Source: an uncultured Anaerolineales bacterium (lineage in GTDB: Bacteria; Chloroflexota; Anaerolineae; UBA7937). Taken from it: 25,412 bases of DNA. Made by a program: the position numbers and the translations under genes. A model generated the notes under the pieces. The model searched no databases. It saw only the letters and a program-made list of their open reading frames with translations, and was not told the origin of the DNA. The stretch covers positions 1-25,412 of the forward strand of contig CAYUAM010000001.1 of NCBI GenBank assembly GCA_964442805.1. The letters run 5' to 3'. Every line of letters begins with the position of its first letter. Position 1 is the stretch's first letter. Shown here piece by piece: positions 16,534 to 25,021 of this stretch.

Positions 16534-17094
16534 ATGACAAGGGATAAGGAGAAGAAGCGGGATGAAATGGAGGCCATAGACCTGGGCGGTCTCTTCAAGG
16601 GGATCGGCGATCTCATCGAGTTGGTCTCAGGGATGGTGGAGAAGGTGGATCTAGCCAACCTCGATGAAGAGACCCTCTCTAGGCTGCGGCGAGCCAGCCA
16701 GAGCGGGGTCGTAGGAGCACCGAGAAGCGTCTACGGCGTCTCGATACAGCGAGGAGTGGGTGGCATCTCCAGGGTGCAGCCCTTCGGCAATATCCGCCGC
16801 ACCGAGAGAGGCCCTGTCGTTGAGGAGGTGAGGGAGCCCCTCACCGATCTCTTCGAGGAGGATGATCTACTCTTGGTCGTTGCTGAGTTGCCCGGCGTGG
16901 AGGAGAAGGAGATACGGATCGAAATCGAGGACGACACTCTCAAATTCTCCTCCACCGGAAAGAGGAAATACGCCAAGGGACTTCCCCTTCCTTTTCCTGT
17001 CGACGAGAGCACCATGGAGACCACCTACAAGAACGGCATCTTGGAGATCAAGTTGGGCAAGAGAAGCGAGCCGGATGAGGAGAAAACCGAGTGA
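16534..17094 (+). CDS. hsp20: Hsp20/alpha-crystallin protein, paralog of 9057-9596
   Basis: [14 protein letters not shown]...[27 protein letters not shown]...AELPGV...YKNGILE; its stop overlaps the dnaK start (GTGA). Confidence 0.9.
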   Translation: MTRDKEKKRDEMEAIDLGGLFKGIGDLIELVSGMVEKVDLANLDEETLSRLRRASQSGVVGAPRSVYGVSIQRGVGGISRVQPFGNIRRTERGPVVEEVREPLTDLFEEDDLLLVVAELPGVEEKEIRIEIEDDTLKFSSTGKRKYAKGLPLPFPVDESTMETTYKNGILEIKLGKRSEPDEEKTE

Positions 17095-18923
17095 GTAAGG
17101 CGATCGGCATCGACCTGGGAACCACGAATTCGGTGATGGCGGTGATGGAGGCGGGCAGGCCCATGGTCATCCCCAATACGGAGGGCAGCCGCCTCCTCCC
17201 TTCAGTGGTAGCCATCGACGGAAAAGGCGAACGGCTGGTGGGGGAGGTGGCCAAATGGCAAGCCATCATCAATCCCCACAATACGGTCTTCTCCATTAAA
17301 CGTTTCATGGGGCGAAAATTATCCGATGCTTCTGTGCAATATGACAAGGCGCTGGTGCCCTACGAATTGACCGCTGCCGACAACGGCGATCTCCGGATAG
17401 TCATCAAAGGCCGGGGGTACCCACCGCCGGAGATTTCGGCCATGATTCTGCAGAAGTTGAAACGCGATGCCGAGATGTACCTGGGCGAGCCGGTCACTCG
17501 GGCGGTGATCACCGTGCCAGCCTACTTTAACGATAGCCAACGCCAGGCAACTAAAGAGGCGGGGCGAATAGCCGGGCTCGAGGTATTGCGCATCATCAAC
17601 GAGCCCACCGCCTCGGCTCTAGCCTATGATTTTCCCCACGAGAAGCGGGAGACCATCGCCGTCTACGACCTGGGCGGGGGAACCTTCGATATCTCCGTCC
17701 TAGATCTGAGCGCTGGCGTCTTCGAAGTCCTCTCCACCAGCGGCGATACCCATCTGGGTGGGGATGACCTAGACAGAAGGACCATCGAATGGCTCTGCGA
17801 TGGTTTCTTGGAGGAGGAGGACATCGACCTGCGAGAGGACAGGGTAGCCTTGCAAAGACTCAGGGTAGCAGCAGAGCAGGCCAAGATCGAACTCTCGGCC
17901 GCGCAGCAGGCCCAGATCGATCTACCCTTCATTGCTAGAGATGGCAATGACCCCAAGCATCTCAATGTCACCCTCAGCCGCTCGAAATTAGAGCAGTTGG
18001 TGGGCGATCTGATCGAGAGGACCATCGAGCCCTGCTGGCAAGCGTTGGCGGATGCTGGTCTCAGGGTTTCTGATGTGGATCATGTGATCCTGGTGGGCGG
18101 TCAGACGAGGATGCCTCTCGTGGTGCGTACCGTTCGTGAACTCTTCGGGAAGGAGCCCCACCGGGATATCAACCCCGATGAGGTAGTTGCGCTGGGAGCC
18201 GGTATCCAAGCCGGGGTTTTGACCGGCGATGTGAAAGGGGTGCTCCTCATCGATGTCACCCCCTTGACGCTGGGCATAGAGACCTCGGGCGGCGTGGCCA
18301 GCCCCCTCATCCCGCGCAACACCACCATCCCCACTCGCAGGAGCCAGGTCTTCACTACTGCCAGGGATGACCAGAGTAGTGTGGAGATACACGTGATGCA
18401 GGGCGAGCGGGCCATGGCCGTGGAGAATATGACCCTGGGTCGCTTTGTCTTGGAAGGTATCCACCCCGCGCCGCGCGGCGAGCCCAAGATCGAGGTCACT
18501 TTCCAGATCGACGCCGACGGCATCTTGCAGGTTACTGCTCAGGACCAGGCCACAGGTAAGGAACAGCAGATCACCGTCGCCGCTTCCAGCGGCCTCTCAG
18601 AGAAGGAGATCAAGTGCATGGTCAAGGAGGCGAAGGAGTACGCCGAGCGGGACAGAGAGCGACGCGAGGAGATCGAGATCCTCAACCGAGCCGACAGGCT
18701 GGCCTACCGCGCCGAGAAGACGTTGCAGCGGTATGGCGATGACGTGCCGCCAGCCGTCAGGAGGGAGATGAAGAGCAAGGTAGCGGCTCTGCGCGAGGCG
18801 CTGAAGGAAGGAGAGATCCCTGCCGTGAAGAACGCCTGGCAAGGGCTAATTGAGACGGCAGAGAAGATCGCGGCTTGGCTTGATGAGGAGCCGATGGAAA
18901 TAGCACCGCCTCTAGATAGATGA
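17091..18923 (+). CDS. dnaK: Hsp70 chaperone DnaK (cluster-specific paralog)
   Basis: [31 protein letters not shown], linker [12 protein letters not shown]; 610 aa with a short C-tail; no grpE or dnaJ adjacent. Confidence 0.97.
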   Translation: MSKAIGIDLGTTNSVMAVMEAGRPMVIPNTEGSRLLPSVVAIDGKGERLVGEVAKWQAIINPHNTVFSIKRFMGRKLSDASVQYDKALVPYELTAADNGDLRIVIKGRGYPPPEISAMILQKLKRDAEMYLGEPVTRAVITVPAYFNDSQRQATKEAGRIAGLEVLRIINEPTASALAYDFPHEKRETIAVYDLGGGTFDISVLDLSAGVFEVLSTSGDTHLGGDDLDRRTIEWLCDGFLEEEDIDLREDRVALQRLRVAAEQAKIELSAAQQAQIDLPFIARDGNDPKHLNVTLSRSKLEQLVGDLIERTIEPCWQALADAGLRVSDVDHVILVGGQTRMPLVVRTVRELFGKEPHRDINPDEVVALGAGIQAGVLTGDVKGVLLIDVTPLTLGIETSGGVASPLIPRNTTIPTRRSQVFTTARDDQSSVEIHVMQGERAMAVENMTLGRFVLEGIHPAPRGEPKIEVTFQIDADGILQVTAQDQATGKEQQITVAASSGLSEKEIKCMVKEAKEYAERDRERREEIEILNRADRLAYRAEKTLQRYGDDVPPAVRREMKSKVAALREALKEGEIPAVKNAWQGLIETAEKIAAWLDEEPMEIAPPLDR

Positions 18924-18939
18924 GATGGAGGATGAGGGC

Positions 18940-20019
18940 ATGGCAGAGGAGGCCAAGTATATTTACGGAGTGATCCAGAACGGAGGGAGAAGGACCTTCG
19001 GCTCTATTGGTATAGGTGGACGGGGAGATGAAGTGTATGTGGTCCCCTGTCAGGATTTGGCTGCGGTGGTCAGCGATTGCCCAGCCATAGATTACAAGGC
19101 GGTAAAGGAGAAGGAGAAGATAGTCCGTGATCTGGCGGCACATCAACGCGTGACCGAAGAGGTCATGAAGCACTGTTCCATCCTACCCATGAAGTTCGGC
19201 ACCATGGTGGAGGAGGAGAAGGAGGTGGAAAGCGTATTGCGTCAAGGGTATTTCAACCTCAAGGAGGCTCAGGCCGCCTTCCAGGACAAGGTTGAGGTAG
19301 AAGTGGTGGTCACCTGGGACCTCACTTCCGTCTTCCAGGAAGTTGGCAACGAGGAGCCCATCGCCAAATTGAGAGCCAAGACGGAGGGTAGACCGGGCTT
19401 AAGAGGACTAAACGATAGGATCAACCTGGGCAAGATAGTATATGAATCTCTATCTCGCAGGCGGGAAGATCATCAAAGAGAGATAGTTGAAGTTCTCGCT
19501 AACTGTTCCATCGATAGGCAAAAGAACGCTCTCATGGATGATAGTTTTGTGATGAACGTGGCCTTTCTCATCGATAAGGAGCGACAGGATGAGTTCGATG
19601 AGAGGCTTGAGGAGTTGGATAAGGGAATGGGTGGCGCTTTGAACTTCCGACGCATCGGGCCCCTGCCTCCCTATAGTTTTGCCACCATCGAGGTGCGGCC
19701 TATGACTCACCAAGAGGTCAAGGGGGCCAGGGAGTTATTGGGCCTGGGTGAGAAGGCCAGCCTAGGGGAAATAAAGGAGGCCTACTATGACCTGGCTCAG
19801 GAGTGTCACCCTGATGCCCAGCCGGACGGCAATGCAGGAGAGCGCTTTACCCAAATCGCCCAGGCCTATGAGTTGCTAAAGAGCTACTGTTTGGGACAGG
19901 CAGCGGCCCAAGGAATCACCTCTAAGAAGGCAGCTGCCGAGTATTCTTGCTCCTTTACTCCGGCGGCCATTGAGGAAGGCGTTCTGGTCACCATCAAGCG
20001 TTTGGGGAGAGAGACCTGA
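18940..20019 (+). CDS. gvpF: GvpF/GvpL-family protein with C-terminal J-domain
   Basis: KYIYGVI...LPMKFGT...VEVEV...GPLPPYSF, then ELLGLGEKASLGEIKEAYYDLAQECHPD...FTQIAQAYELL with intact HPD at 19807-19815. Confidence 0.88.
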   Translation: MAEEAKYIYGVIQNGGRRTFGSIGIGGRGDEVYVVPCQDLAAVVSDCPAIDYKAVKEKEKIVRDLAAHQRVTEEVMKHCSILPMKFGTMVEEEKEVESVLRQGYFNLKEAQAAFQDKVEVEVVVTWDLTSVFQEVGNEEPIAKLRAKTEGRPGLRGLNDRINLGKIVYESLSRRREDHQREIVEVLANCSIDRQKNALMDDSFVMNVAFLIDKERQDEFDERLEELDKGMGGALNFRRIGPLPPYSFATIEVRPMTHQEVKGARELLGLGEKASLGEIKEAYYDLAQECHPDAQPDGNAGERFTQIAQAYELLKSYCLGQAAAQGITSKKAAAEYSCSFTPAAIEEGVLVTIKRLGRET

Positions 20020-20834
20020 TGAGCCACGGCTCCGATGACGGGAGAATGATATATCTGTATTGCTTAACCCAGAGCCATGGGGAGGCCCCTTTTCGCCTAT
20101 CGGTCGAGGGGATCGGCGGCCGGGACGGTGAGGTCTACAGCATCCCCTTCCTCGATCTGGCCATGGTAGCCAGCGACTCGCCTCAAGATGAATATGAGAC
20201 TACTCGCCACAATACTGTGCACCATCAATTAGTTTGCGAGGAGGTCCTGAATCACGGCTTCGCTGTTCTCCCGGTCAGATTCGGGACGGTATGCAAGCCC
20301 ACTCGGGGCAAGAGTAGCGCCGAGGAGAAGATCAAGAAGTTGCTCAGGCGAAGGTATGGCGAGTTTCATTCCCTGCTGGGGGAGATGGAGAACAAAGTCG
20401 AGCTGGGGCTGAAAGTCTTTTGGAAGAAGGAGCGTCTCTTCCAAGAGATCGCGGCTGAAAACCAAAATATACGAGAGATGCGGGATCGCATCGCCGCCAA
20501 CCTCTCGGGGGCATTGTCGACCCACTACGAGAGACTGCAACTGGGTACCAGGGTCTATAACGAGATAGAGAATAGGAGGGACATTGAGGCTAGGAGGCTG
20601 GCGCGGGCTCTCAGTCCCCTGGCCGAGAGGTACGAAACCAACAAAGTCCTCACCGATGTGATGATCCTCAACGCTGCCTTCCTGGTTCATCACTCCCGAG
20701 TGGAGGAATTTGATGCCAAAGTCAACGAATTAGATAGGAGATATAGTGATAGGATGACCTTCAAGTATGTGGGCCCCGTGCCTCCCTTTAACTTTGTGGA
20801 ACTGGTCGTGCACTGGGAAGAAGACGAGGAGTGA
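20019..20834 (+). CDS. gvpF: GvpF/GvpL-family protein
   Basis: IYLYC...VLPVRFGT...VELGLKV...LNAAFLV...YVGPVPPFNFV; TGATG overlap with the previous gene. Confidence 0.92.
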   Translation: MSHGSDDGRMIYLYCLTQSHGEAPFRLSVEGIGGRDGEVYSIPFLDLAMVASDSPQDEYETTRHNTVHHQLVCEEVLNHGFAVLPVRFGTVCKPTRGKSSAEEKIKKLLRRRYGEFHSLLGEMENKVELGLKVFWKKERLFQEIAAENQNIREMRDRIAANLSGALSTHYERLQLGTRVYNEIENRRDIEARRLARALSPLAERYETNKVLTDVMILNAAFLVHHSRVEEFDAKVNELDRRYSDRMTFKYVGPVPPFNFVELVVHWEEDEE

Positions 20835-20888
20835 CGGCGTTGCATAGAAAGTGCCCTCCAGCGAGGCGTTCAATAGGAGGTGAGAATC

Positions 20889-20982
20889 ATGGCCAAAAAC
20901 GGCAGTGAAAAAGAGGAGATGGGGCACCGTACAGTGTGCTTATTGTCGGGGCAAGGACGCCTTCGGACTCCTACACGGCTAG
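20889..20982 (+). pseudogene. Remnant of a CxxCxG (DnaJ-type zinc finger) protein
   Basis: A strong RBS (AGGAGGTG) and ATG 20889 are out of frame with GTVQCAYCRGKDAFGLLHG*, which stops at 20982. Confidence 0.45.
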
Positions 20983-21037
20983 TCACAACAGCCGCAAAGG
21001 CGGGGGCAACGTAGCCGAAGGAGAAGGGAATGTAGCC

Positions 21038-21373
21038 ATGTTCCTCATATCATGGTTGGAACACCAATTGCTTAAGACGGTGGGTAAGGTGCTGGCTGTG
21101 CCAGTGACTGTACCGATCAAATCTGCAAGTTGGCTGCTCGAGCAGATCCATGGAGAAGCAGAGGCAGAGCAACTCAATGAGGACCGCGTCAGGCAGCAGT
21201 TGATGGAGTTGGAGATTCGCTACGAGGCGGAAGAGATCGGGAAGGAGGAGTTCCAGGCCCAAGAGGAGGAGTTGCTGGAGCGGTTGAACGCCATTCGCGA
21301 GCGCAAGAAAGATGAGCAGTTTGAGAAAGACGAGACCTGGTGGCGCAGGGTATTCTCCGAGGGGTTCAAGTAG
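21038..21373 (+). CDS. gvpG: Gas vesicle protein GvpG
   Basis: ATG 21038 with RBS AAGGAG; PIKSASWLLEQIHGEAEAEQLNEDRVRQQLMELE...EEFQAQEEELLERL. Confidence 0.88.
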   Translation: MFLISWLEHQLLKTVGKVLAVPVTVPIKSASWLLEQIHGEAEAEQLNEDRVRQQLMELEIRYEAEEIGKEEFQAQEEELLERLNAIRERKKDEQFEKDETWWRRVFSEGFK

Positions 21374-21471
21374 CAGCGAAAGGGATCGAACTTCCCATTT
21401 CACTTAGGGCCTTGACATCAGGGATCAAGTTCCCGATCAGGGAGAGATTCGACAGGGAGGGAGGATAGAGG

Positions 21472-21870
21472 ATGGTTAAGCAAAAAAGGGCAGAGGGCTC
21501 AGTCCTAGAGCAGATCGCAGCCACTCGCAGAGTGGCGATACTGAAGGACTCTATCAAGCAGGAGGAAGACGGGCATTACAGCGAAGCGATCGATGGATAC
21601 CGACAGATCATCGACCAACATCATGGCACCCCAGAGGAAAAGGAGGCCAGAGAAAGGATGCTGGACCTGGCCCGCCTCTTCCAGAGCAAAGGGCAAAGTT
21701 ATCGAGCGAGGCACCTTTTCTGGCTCTTGGAGCAACTCTATACACCTCAGAGATTCAAGAACATAAAGGAATTACGCCGGGCGCGAGTTAAAGAGATACT
21801 GGATGAGATCCACGCCGAAAAGCGTGCTGAGGAGGAGAGAAGGGCTAGAGTAGAAGCTGAAGGCTTGTAG
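21472..21870 (+). CDS. TPR-like helical protein with charged C-tail
   Basis: YSEAIDGYRQIIDQHHGTPEEKEARERMLDLARLFQSKGQSYRARHLF resembles a TPR pair; RBS GGAGG. Confidence 0.65.
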   Translation: MVKQKRAEGSVLEQIAATRRVAILKDSIKQEEDGHYSEAIDGYRQIIDQHHGTPEEKEARERMLDLARLFQSKGQSYRARHLFWLLEQLYTPQRFKNIKELRRARVKEILDEIHAEKRAEEERRARVEAEGL

Positions 21871-22052
21871 GGGTTTTGGTCGTCGGGCGCGATCCCCTAT
21901 GCCATGTCTAGACCTAATAGCGATCTTGGGCTAGGCTACCGAGGCCTTTCAACCACCGTAGGTTTTGGCGAGCCCCGAGAAATCGAGTCTGAGCAGCAAA
22001 GCCCTGGGGCATCGCTCATAGACAAAGACTCTTATGGAAGGAGAGAGGCAAA

Positions 22053-22409
22053 TTGGCCAAACAATATGTGGAGCCGGACCGACGTGGGAGCCTCATCGAT
22101 GTTATAGACACCATCCTGGACAAGGGCTTGGTGATCAACGCCGACATCACCGTCTCGGTAGTGGGTGTAGAGCTCTTGGGCATCAAAATAAGGGCCGCCT
22201 TGGCCTCCTTTGAGACCGCAGCCAGACACGGCCTGGAGTTCCCTTCAGGGACCAACATACAAACGCCAGCCTGGGCCGAGGCCCAAATCTCCAAGGAAGA
22301 ATGTCCCCAGTGCAGCAAACGGGTGGCAGCGGAGGAGTTGCTGGAGGTGGGCTGTCCTTGGTGTGGTTGGGTTAGCGCTCGGGCTGAAGCCAAGGCCCTA
22401 GAGGCCTAA
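22053..22409 (+). CDS. gvpJ: GvpJ-like (GvpA family) protein with C-terminal zinc ribbon
   Basis: [44 protein letters not shown], then CPQC-x13-CPWCGW; TTG start. Confidence 0.85.
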   Translation: MAKQYVEPDRRGSLIDVIDTILDKGLVINADITVSVVGVELLGIKIRAALASFETAARHGLEFPSGTNIQTPAWAEAQISKEECPQCSKRVAAEELLEVGCPWCGWVSARAEAKALEA

Positions 22410-22484
22410 GAAGCGACATCACTAGCCAGATGTCACTGAGCGCCTCTACCGAGGCTCTTATGTTCGTTAGCAAGAGGCGATGAG

Positions 22485-22778
22485 ATGGTATTTATGGAGC
22501 CCTTCTGGATCCTGATAGATCTGATCTCGGGAGAGGCCAGGAAAGAGGACGAGAGGAGGGGGGACCCGAGATACGTGAAATGTCTCCACTGCGGCGGCCT
22601 GGTGTTGAAAAGCGAGGTTAGAAGGAGAGGAGGTTGCTACCTCTGTGGCTGGGTACCGGGGGCTGAAACGGTACGAAAAGAGGAAAGGGCTTTGAGGGTG
22701 AGATGCCCCCAATGTGGCCGCCCGGTGCTGAAAAGCGAACTCATCAAAAGGGGGTGTTATCTCTGCGGCTGGAGGTGA
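22485..22778 (+). CDS. Small tandem zinc-ribbon protein
   Basis: CLHC-x14-CYLCGW and CPQC-x13-CYLCGW. Confidence 0.75.
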   Translation: MVFMEPFWILIDLISGEARKEDERRGDPRYVKCLHCGGLVLKSEVRRRGGCYLCGWVPGAETVRKEERALRVRCPQCGRPVLKSELIKRGCYLCGWR

Positions 22779-22849
22779 CATCTCCCGAATAGGGAGTGGT
22801 CGCCAACCGGCGGCGCTCTCACCACGCAGAATTAGGTTAAGGGACGACA

Positions 22850-23941
22850 TTGGAAGCAAAAACCGTTCTACTGCCATCGAGTTACAGCAAGGCTACCCTG
22901 GTAGACCTACTGGATAGGGTCTTGGAGAAAGGGCTGGTGATTAACGCCGATATCATCATCTCCGTGGCCGGCATACCGTTGTTAGGGGTTAACCTGAGAG
23001 CGGCTCTGGCGGGCATGGAGACCATGCTGGAATATGGGCTGATGCGCGAGTGGGACGAGCGCACCCGTGAATGGGAGCGGAAACATATCGAAAAGAGGGG
23101 ACCGCACCTATTGGCTGAAGAGGAGATCCTCTTACTGATGTATGGGGCCCATTGGCATAGCAAAGGCATCTACCGCGCTTGGCGGCCTGGACACCTCTAC
23201 CTCACCAACAAGAGGCTATTTCTGTTTCGCAGCGAGCCTGGGGAGATGCTCTTTGAGACCCCCCTGGAGAAGATCAAAGCCTTGGCTATCCGGAGAGAGA
23301 CTCACTTCACGGGCATCGAAAGAGATATGGTTTACGTCGCTCTCAACCCTGAAAGGCTAGCCTACCTCTGCGCTGAGAGGCCAAGGGAACTTCAAGAGGC
23401 CATTCGCAGGAGAATAGAGGCCTTAGGCCTTCCCTTGGATGAGAGCCCTGGGCTTTCTCCCCTCGATGCGGAGATAGATGGGCTCCTTGGGGAAGATGAG
23501 ATAACCGCTGAAGCCAAGATGTGGTATCAACTCCCCCCCTCTGGCATCAGGGGAGAGAGATGGGGACCAGGTCGGTTGTATCTGACCAATAAGCGTCTCT
23601 TTTGGCGGTGCCATGAGGATCGCAAGATACCATTCGAGATCCCCCTCGCCGAGATAAGGGGGGCCAGGATGGAGAGGAGGGATCTAGGAGGGCTGATAAG
23701 GGAAAGGCCTGTTCTTTGCCTCTCTTACGGAAACCCCTTGGGCGCGAAAAGGGCTCTCTTTGTGGGGGATGATCTGACCGAGTGGGAGAAGGCCATCAAC
23801 CGCATCGTTGGGGAGATGGAGAGCTGTCCTCGTTGTGAACGCCGTGCTCCTACAAGACGGTTGTTAGAGAGGGGATGTCCTGACTGTGGCTGGGTGAGTC
23901 CCTGCCGGAGAGACGAAGCCTCGCCCCCGTTGGCGAGATAG
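22850..23941 (+). CDS. GvpJ-like domain fused to two GRAM/PH-like repeats and a zinc ribbon
   Basis: [44 protein letters not shown]; two repeats W(R/G)PG(H/R)LYLTNKRLF...FE(T/I)PL(E/A)(K/E)I; CPRC-x13-CPDCGW. Confidence 0.82.
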   Translation: MEAKTVLLPSSYSKATLVDLLDRVLEKGLVINADIIISVAGIPLLGVNLRAALAGMETMLEYGLMREWDERTREWERKHIEKRGPHLLAEEEILLLMYGAHWHSKGIYRAWRPGHLYLTNKRLFLFRSEPGEMLFETPLEKIKALAIRRETHFTGIERDMVYVALNPERLAYLCAERPRELQEAIRRRIEALGLPLDESPGLSPLDAEIDGLLGEDEITAEAKMWYQLPPSGIRGERWGPGRLYLTNKRLFWRCHEDRKIPFEIPLAEIRGARMERRDLGGLIRERPVLCLSYGNPLGAKRALFVGDDLTEWEKAINRIVGEMESCPRCERRAPTRRLLERGCPDCGWVSPCRRDEASPPLAR

Positions 23942-23961
23942 ATGGGGCAGGAGGGGGAATC

Positions 23962-24294
23962 ATGGCTGGCATAGTCGACCTCGACGAAGATAATTTCAAA
24001 CACGGGATCTTGGGACTGGTCATCACTCTGGTGGAGATAATAAGGGATACCCTCAAGTTGCAGGCTTTCAAGCGGATAGAGGGTGGGAGCCTCACTGAGG
24101 AAGAGATCGACAGGTTAGGACGAGCGCTTTCAGATCTCGATATGGCCCTTGATCAGATAAAGGAGGAGCAAGGGATAGCCGACACGGTTCAAAGCGTGAG
24201 AGATGGCTTGGATGAGATCGTGGACGAGATCTTAGATAAGATGGTAAACCCCCTGGGGTGGGCGGAGGAGTTCGAAAAGGAGGTGCAAAGATAA
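23962..24294 (+). CDS. gvpK: Gas vesicle protein GvpK-like
   Basis: LDEDNFKHGILGLVITLVEIIRDTLKLQAFKRIEGGSLTEEEIDRLGRAL. Confidence 0.9.
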   Translation: MAGIVDLDEDNFKHGILGLVITLVEIIRDTLKLQAFKRIEGGSLTEEEIDRLGRALSDLDMALDQIKEEQGIADTVQSVRDGLDEIVDEILDKMVNPLGWAEEFEKEVQR

Positions 24295-24471
24295 AGTGGC
24301 CCGGACCTTCCTCCTCTCCTCGAAGGCGAGCAAATCCTCCTCCACCAGCAAAGGGGTTATCTCTCCAGAGGCTCCTGGAGATTGGGCTACCTCTACCTGA
24401 CGGATTAAAGGCTCCTCTTTCGTCGGAGGAAAGAGGTGCGGGGTGTGATGAGGGCTGATGATGTCGTTTAA
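24291..24471 (+). pseudogene. GRAM/PH-like single-domain pseudogene
   Basis: From 24295 reads SGPDLPPLLEGEQILLHQQRGYLSRGSWRLGYLYLTD*RLLF, with TAA at 24406-24408 where the paralog at 22850 has K (LYLTNKRLF). RBS AGGAGGTG is followed by ATA rather than ATG. Confidence 0.7.
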
Positions 24472-25021
24472 GGAGATCGGGGAAGAGGATCTGAAGAGGG
24501 TCGTCGAGGCTTTGGACCCGGCAAGTGCCCAGATGGTCTGGTATCTCTGGGAGCATAGACATGCCAAGATAGAAGAGTTAAGAGAGGTGTTGGGCGAATC
24601 CTCTCACATGAACGTCTTGGTGCGAATCAAGGAGACGATAAACCCCACAGCCTGCAAGATAGTAGGCAGGCCGATCTTGGTCTTTGAGAAGGGGAGGATA
24701 GACCGCTCTAGCGGGGAGAGGATCCTTCATAGTTGGTGGTTGAACAGAGATTCTGAGAGGAGGCAGATAGAGGGGGAGAAGTTGGTGGATATCTTTGACG
24801 AAGGGGACCATATCTTACTCATCGTGGAACTGGTCGGTTTTGATGAAAAAGGTATCCAATTGGCCGTAGAGGATGAGACGCTTGTGTTGAAGGCGGAAGC
24901 CCCTGGCCGAAGTGTGCAGGAGGAGATACCCCTTCCTCCCCAGGTTGATGGCCAAAGGTTTGAGATGACCTATCGCAATAACATGTTGCAAGTCAGGTTT
25001 GAGAAGGAGCAAGCAAGATGA
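24458..25021 (+). CDS. Winged-helix-like N-domain fused to an Hsp20/alpha-crystallin domain
   Basis: N-half LDPASAQMVWYLWEHRHAKIEELREVLG; C-half LVDIFDEGDHILLIVELVG...EEIPLP...YRNNMLQVRF. Confidence 0.78.
   Translation: MMSFKEIGEEDLKRVVEALDPASAQMVWYLWEHRHAKIEELREVLGESSHMNVLVRIKETINPTACKIVGRPILVFEKGRIDRSSGERILHSWWLNRDSERRQIEGEKLVDIFDEGDHILLIVELVGFDEKGIQLAVEDETLVLKAEAPGRSVQEEIPLPPQVDGQRFEMTYRNNMLQVRFEKEQAR

Noticed and set aside
24258-24458. 66-aa Pro-rich ORF between gvpK and the wHTH-Hsp20 gene
   Set aside because: A different frame carries clear GRAM-like similarity, so this frame is likely spurious.
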